This document shows positions 58,937 to 64,000 of a stretch of DNA of 64,000 bases, one piece after another (positions within the stretch are counted from its first letter, which is position 1; every line of letters starts with the position of its first letter). The notes under the pieces are model-generated. The model did not search any database and was not told where the DNA came from. It was given only the letters and a program-made list of their open reading frames with translations. A program made the translations under genes and the position numbers. The DNA comes from an uncultured Gemmatimonadaceae bacterium (GTDB lineage Bacteria > Gemmatimonadota > Gemmatimonadetes > Gemmatimonadales > Gemmatimonadaceae), in the NCBI GenBank assembly GCA_963829055.1, contig CAWHHI010000004.1, positions 800,001 through 864,000 of the forward strand. Direction: 5' to 3'.

Positions 58937-59744
58937 GTGGCCCTCCGCGCTCCCGTGGCTGCCGCGCCACCGTGCATCGTCGTCTTCGCGACCAGGGAGC
59001 GTGTGCGCACCGCGGCCCGCGCCGCGTTTCCGCGACGACGCGCCCGCCTGATCATGGGGCGGACCGCGACCGAGTTCGGCGCCGCCTTCCACTCCACCCT
59101 CGTCGACGCCGCGCTGGTAGACATCGGCTCGGCCGCGGACGAGGCATGGCGCGCGGCGGAGCTGGCTCGCGAGTTTCCGAGCTTTCCGTTCTTCGCCATC
59201 ACACCCCTGCGCGGCACCGACGGGCCGGCGGTCGCACGGTGCGCGGCCCTCGAGTTCGCGGATGTCGTCGTCGACGGCGTGGACGACGAAGCGCTGCGCG
59301 ACCTGGTGCTCCCATTGACATTCTCCACGCGCTTCTTCGACGCCCTTCAGGAGCCGCCGCCCTCACTCGGCATCACCCAACCGATGCAGTTCGCCGCGTG
59401 GCGCTGCGTCGTCGCGCAGGCGGGCCGCACGCTTCGCACGAATGCGCTCGCCGAAGCGATCGGGGTGACGCGCGAGCATTCTCAGTCGGACGTTCGCGGC
59501 TGAGGGCGCGCCGAATCTCAAGCGCGTCATCGATCTGGTGCGCCTGATCGCCGCGGCGGAGCTCGCGAAGAATCCCGGCTACGACATCGGGGACGTAGCC
59601 CGAATCCTCGGCTTCGCATCGTCGTCGCACCTCTCGAGCACGGCCCAACGCGTGGTCGGCACACGGCCCGCATCGCTGACGCGGCTCCGTGCAGTCGATC
59701 TCATCGACAGATTCTCGCAGGGACGATATCGTAGTCGTAGTTAG
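58937..59744 (+). CDS. AraC-family HTH regulator (frameshift near 59482)
   Basis: LAEAIGVTREHL(S)R.. and VARILGFASSSHL HTH motifs across two frames. Confidence 0.75.
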
Positions 59745-59756
59745 GCCCTGAATTGG

Positions 59757-59918
59757 GCTGCACGCTGGGCACACCTGCCGACGGCTGCATGCTGCGGCCG
59801 CACGCTGCCCGCTGCTGCTATTACCGCCTAGGACACCACGCGCTGCTCGCTGCATGCAGCCGCACCCAGCGTCACCCAGCAACAAGCACGACCACCCAGC
59901 CACCAGCTTGTAGTTGCC
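59757..59918. repeat. Intergenic repeat family B copy 2
   Basis: Reverse complement of 45344-45493 with substitutions and small indels. Confidence 0.85.
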
Positions 59919-59930
59919 CAGCCCCAGTCC

Positions 59931-60338
59931 TTAGTCCCCAGTCGCCAGCAGTGGCAGCGCCGCCGGCGGCGACCGGTCAGGCGGATGCTCCACGTGATTC
60001 AGGTAGTTCGACACGCGTTGTGACAGCGACGCCACGCGCGACGCGAGTTGGGCGTGAACCGACGCCGGGATGATCCCGCTGACGCGCGCGATCGCCAGTT
60101 GAGTTTCTACCGTCACCAGCGAACGTCGCGCGCGCGCGTAGCACTCCCGCTCTTCCGCTGGAGTCGGGCGCGTTGGAGCCTCCGCGATCGCGCTCGCGGC
60201 CGCCGACGAGGCCAGCATGAGCGCGTCGGTGAACGCTTTTGTTTCGCGTCGAGTCACGCGACGGACGACGCGGATGACGTCGGCGGCGAGGCCCACGGCC
60301 TCCTGCCAGACTTTCGTATCTCTTGCGGTGCCTGCCAT
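59931..60338 (-). CDS. Four-helix bundle protein (23S rRNA IVP/TIGR02436-like), divergent
   Basis: [34 protein letters not shown] pattern. Confidence 0.7.
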   Translation of the reverse strand: MAGTARDTKVWQEAVGLAADVIRVVRRVTRRETKAFTDALMLASSAAASAIAEAPTRPTPAEERECYARARRSLVTVETQLAIARVSGIIPASVHAQLASRVASLSQRVSNYLNHVEHPPDRSPPAALPLLATGD

Positions 60339-60537
60339 GGCGCGAAAGTATCTACTTCCATGCCCGGACCACCATCTTATTGGCGCGCGGGGGTGCTCGA
60401 CGCCGCATGGGTGGCTACTATCCTACAGTCTCGCCCGACCGCTCTGGCACAGTTCCGCATCTTGCCCGTATTCCTTGCTTGTGATAATTTTCACAAGCCT
60501 TACGGACACGGTTCGACCCCTCCTTTCTTCTTTTCCC

Positions 60538-62109
60538 ATGGCATCCGAAACCACGCTCCGTCCCGGCGAGATCAAGGACATCCTGCTCCGCGAGATCGAA
60601 GCCGCTGACCTTCACGAGCTCGACGTCGAGGAAGTCGGTACCGTCCTCGAGGTGAGGGACGGGATCGCGCGCATCTATGGGCTTCAGAAAGCGATGGCGG
60701 GCGAGATGCTCGAGATCCAGTCGTCCGAGACCGGCAACCAGGTCGTCGCCCTCGCCCTCAATCTCGAGGAAGACAACATTGGCGCGATCGTCCTCGGCGA
60801 CTATCTCCAGCTGAAGGAAGGCGATAGCGTCCGTCGCACATCGCGCGTGCTCGAGGTCCCCGTCGGTCCCTCACTCGTCGGCCGCGTGGTCGACGCGCTG
60901 GGCAACCCCATCGACGGTCTCGGGCCCATTGCCGCGACACTGACGCGCAAGGTCGAATCGCCGGCGCCCGGCATCATCGTCCGTCAGCCCGTGAAGGAGC
61001 CGCTGCAGACCGGCCTCAAAGCGATCGATTCGATGATCCCGATCGGCCGTGGTCAGCGCGAGCTCATCATCGGTGATCGCGGGATTGGTAAGACGGCGGT
61101 CGCGATCGATACGATCATCAATCAGAAAGGGCAGGGCGTCGTCTGCGTGTACGTCGCCATTGGCCAGAAGGCGTCCACGGTGGCGTCGGTGGTCGAGCGG
61201 TTGAAGACGAGCGGCGCGATGGAGTATACGATTGTCGTCGTTGCAGCCGCGTCCGACCCGGCGCCGATGCAGTACATCGCGCCGTACTCCGGTTGCGCGA
61301 TGGCCGAGTACTTCATGTACAACGAAGGGCGGCCGACGCTCTGCGTGTACGACGACCTGACAAAGCAAGCCGCTGCGTATCGCCAGATCTCGCTCGTGCT
61401 CCGACGCCCGCCGGGTCGTGAGGCGTACCCCGGCGACGTGTTCTACCTCCACTCCCGTCTGCTCGAGCGCGCCGCGAAGATGCGCGAGGATACGGGGATC
61501 GTGGACAACAAGACGATCTTCAAGCCCGGCGGATCGCTCACGGCGCTTCCGATCATCGAAACGCAGGCAGGTGACGTGTCGGCCTACATTCCAACAAACG
61601 TCATTTCCATCACCGACGGCCAGATCTTCCTCGAGTCCGACCTGTTCTTCGCCGGCGTCAAGCCCGCGATCAACGTCGGTATCTCGGTGTCGCGCGTCGG
61701 CGGCTCGGCTCAGGTGAAGGCGATGCGTTCGGTCGCGGGACGTCTGCGACTCGACCTGGCGCAGTTCCGCGAGCTCGAGGCGTTCTCGGCGTTCGCGTCG
61801 GACCTCGACGCGGCGACGAAGCGTCAGCTCGATCGCGGCGCGCGTACGGTCGAGATCCTCAAGCAGCCGCAGTACACGCCGATGGCGGTCGAGCAGCAGG
61901 TGCTGACGATCTACGCCGCGACCAACGGCTACCTCGATGACGTCGAGGTGAGCCGCGTTCGCGAGTGGGAGAGCCAGTTCCACCAGTTCGTGGCCGCGCG
62001 CTTCCCGCAGATCACCGAGAAGCTCCGCACGGAGAAGGTGCTGTCGAAGGACACCGAGACCGATCTCAAGAAGGCGATCGACGAGTTCAAGCAGACATTC
62101 GCGAAATAA
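60538..62109 (+). CDS. atpA: F0F1 ATP synthase subunit alpha
   Basis: [44 protein letters not shown]. Confidence 0.98.
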   Translation: MASETTLRPGEIKDILLREIEAADLHELDVEEVGTVLEVRDGIARIYGLQKAMAGEMLEIQSSETGNQVVALALNLEEDNIGAIVLGDYLQLKEGDSVRRTSRVLEVPVGPSLVGRVVDALGNPIDGLGPIAATLTRKVESPAPGIIVRQPVKEPLQTGLKAIDSMIPIGRGQRELIIGDRGIGKTAVAIDTIINQKGQGVVCVYVAIGQKASTVASVVERLKTSGAMEYTIVVVAAASDPAPMQYIAPYSGCAMAEYFMYNEGRPTLCVYDDLTKQAAAYRQISLVLRRPPGREAYPGDVFYLHSRLLERAAKMREDTGIVDNKTIFKPGGSLTALPIIETQAGDVSAYIPTNVISITDGQIFLESDLFFAGVKPAINVGISVSRVGGSAQVKAMRSVAGRLRLDLAQFRELEAFSAFASDLDAATKRQLDRGARTVEILKQPQYTPMAVEQQVLTIYAATNGYLDDVEVSRVREWESQFHQFVAARFPQITEKLRTEKVLSKDTETDLKKAIDEFKQTFAK

Positions 62110-62110
62110 G

Positions 62111-62209
62111 GTCATTCCGAGCGGAGCGAGGAATCTTCTCGAACGTGATCGTGGCCGAACCTGCCACGAGAAGCAGTACAGAAGATCCCTCGCTAGCGCT
62201 CGGGATGAC
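62111..62209. repeat. REP-like family A copy 4 (between atpA and atpG)
   Basis: gtcattccgagcggagcgaggaatct...agatccctcgctagcgctcgggatgac. Confidence 0.8.
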
Positions 62210-62234
62210 GGTGAAGCCCTAACGAGACAGCCGA

Positions 62235-63095
62235 ATGGCGAAAGGCCGTGAGCTGAAAGGCCGAATCAAATCGGTCGAGAACACGCGCAAGATCACGCGC
62301 ACGCTGGAAATGGTTGCGACGTCGAAGATGAAGCGGGCGCAGGATCGCGTGACGGCGACGCGTCCGTACGCGACCGTGCTCTCCGAAGTAATCTCCAGCC
62401 TCTACTCGGCCGATCTGGCGGAGCGATTCCCACTGCTGCGGCAGCCGGCAACGGTGCGGCGCGCGGCGATGCTCGTGCTGACCGCGAACCGGGGTCTCGC
62501 CGGTTCGTTCAATTCGAACATTCTCAAGGAAGCGCGCGGGCTGCTGACGCGCCTAACGTCGGAGAACGTCGACGTCGAGCTCCACGTCGTGGGACGCAAG
62601 GGCGTCGGCTACCTTCGATATATCGGCCGCGCTCTGGCGACGGCCCGCACGGACATCGGCGATCGCCCGACGGTGGGCGAGGCGGCGGAGCTGGTGGACG
62701 GGCTGATGGACCGGTTCGCGTCGGGCGCGCTCGACGCGGTGTACGTCGTGTCGGCGAGGTTCAAGTCGGCGCTGTCGACGCCACCCCACACCGAGCGGAT
62801 CCTGCCTGTGACGCCGCCCGAGCGGAAGGGCGTAGCACGCGACTATCTGTTGTTGCCGTCGGCTGAAGCGATTCTGACGGAGCTGTTGCCGTTGTACGTT
62901 CGAAACGCGGTCTATCGTGCGTTGGTCGAGAACGAGGCGGGCTTCCAGGGCGCGCAGCGGACCGCGATGAAAAACGCGACCGACAACGCGACCGACATGT
63001 TGAATCTGCTCAAGCGCAATTACAACCGCGCTCGGCAAGCAAACATCACGCAGGAAATTTCCGAGATCGTCGGCGGCTCAGCCGCGCTCGAGTGA
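62235..63095 (+). CDS. atpG: F0F1 ATP synthase subunit gamma
   Basis: RIKSVENTRKIT, RGLAGSFN, AMKNATDNA, RQANITQEISEIVGG. Confidence 0.97.
   Translation: MAKGRELKGRIKSVENTRKITRTLEMVATSKMKRAQDRVTATRPYATVLSEVISSLYSADLAERFPLLRQPATVRRAAMLVLTANRGLAGSFNSNILKEARGLLTRLTSENVDVELHVVGRKGVGYLRYIGRALATARTDIGDRPTVGEAAELVDGLMDRFASGALDAVYVVSARFKSALSTPPHTERILPVTPPERKGVARDYLLLPSAEAILTELLPLYVRNAVYRALVENEAGFQGAQRTAMKNATDNATDMLNLLKRNYNRARQANITQEISEIVGGSAALE

Positions 63096-64000
<905 letters not shown>

Noticed and set aside
59931..60338. Four-helix-bundle gene as the Avd component of a diversity-generating retroelement or as a 23S intervening sequence
   Set aside because: No reverse transcriptase or TR/VR pair with adenine-specific mismatches is present, and the 23S gene here is uninterrupted.

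Overview
GC-rich bacterial chromosomal window, most likely Gemmatimonadota (inferred from the 23S rRNA and protein complement). It is mostly core genome: kbl/tdh, a formate dehydrogenase alpha subunit, tldD/tldE, mutM, an rRNA methyltransferase, a stand-alone 23S-5S rRNA unit with no 16S, thiE, mltG, ruvX, rho, seven tRNAs, a sigma-70 factor, mla components and atpA/G/D. About ten otherwise intact genes carry single-base frameshifts, which look like long-read assembly errors. The most notable observations are: (1) a strongly iterated, non-palindromic, strand-unbiased motif CCTAAC(G)/(C)GTTAGG, with 44 hand-counted copies, often sitting in coding sequence on rare codons; (2) a rifamycin phosphotransferase (rph) preceded by a close match to the actinobacterial rifamycin-associated element (RAE); (3) a possible peptide-modification neighbourhood made of Tat-exported TldD/TldE, a 26-aa Lys/Ala microprotein, an ATP-grasp ligase, a zinc peptidase and a 54-aa ORF; (4) several intergenic repeat families and candidate structured RNAs. 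All calls are by eye; no searches were run.
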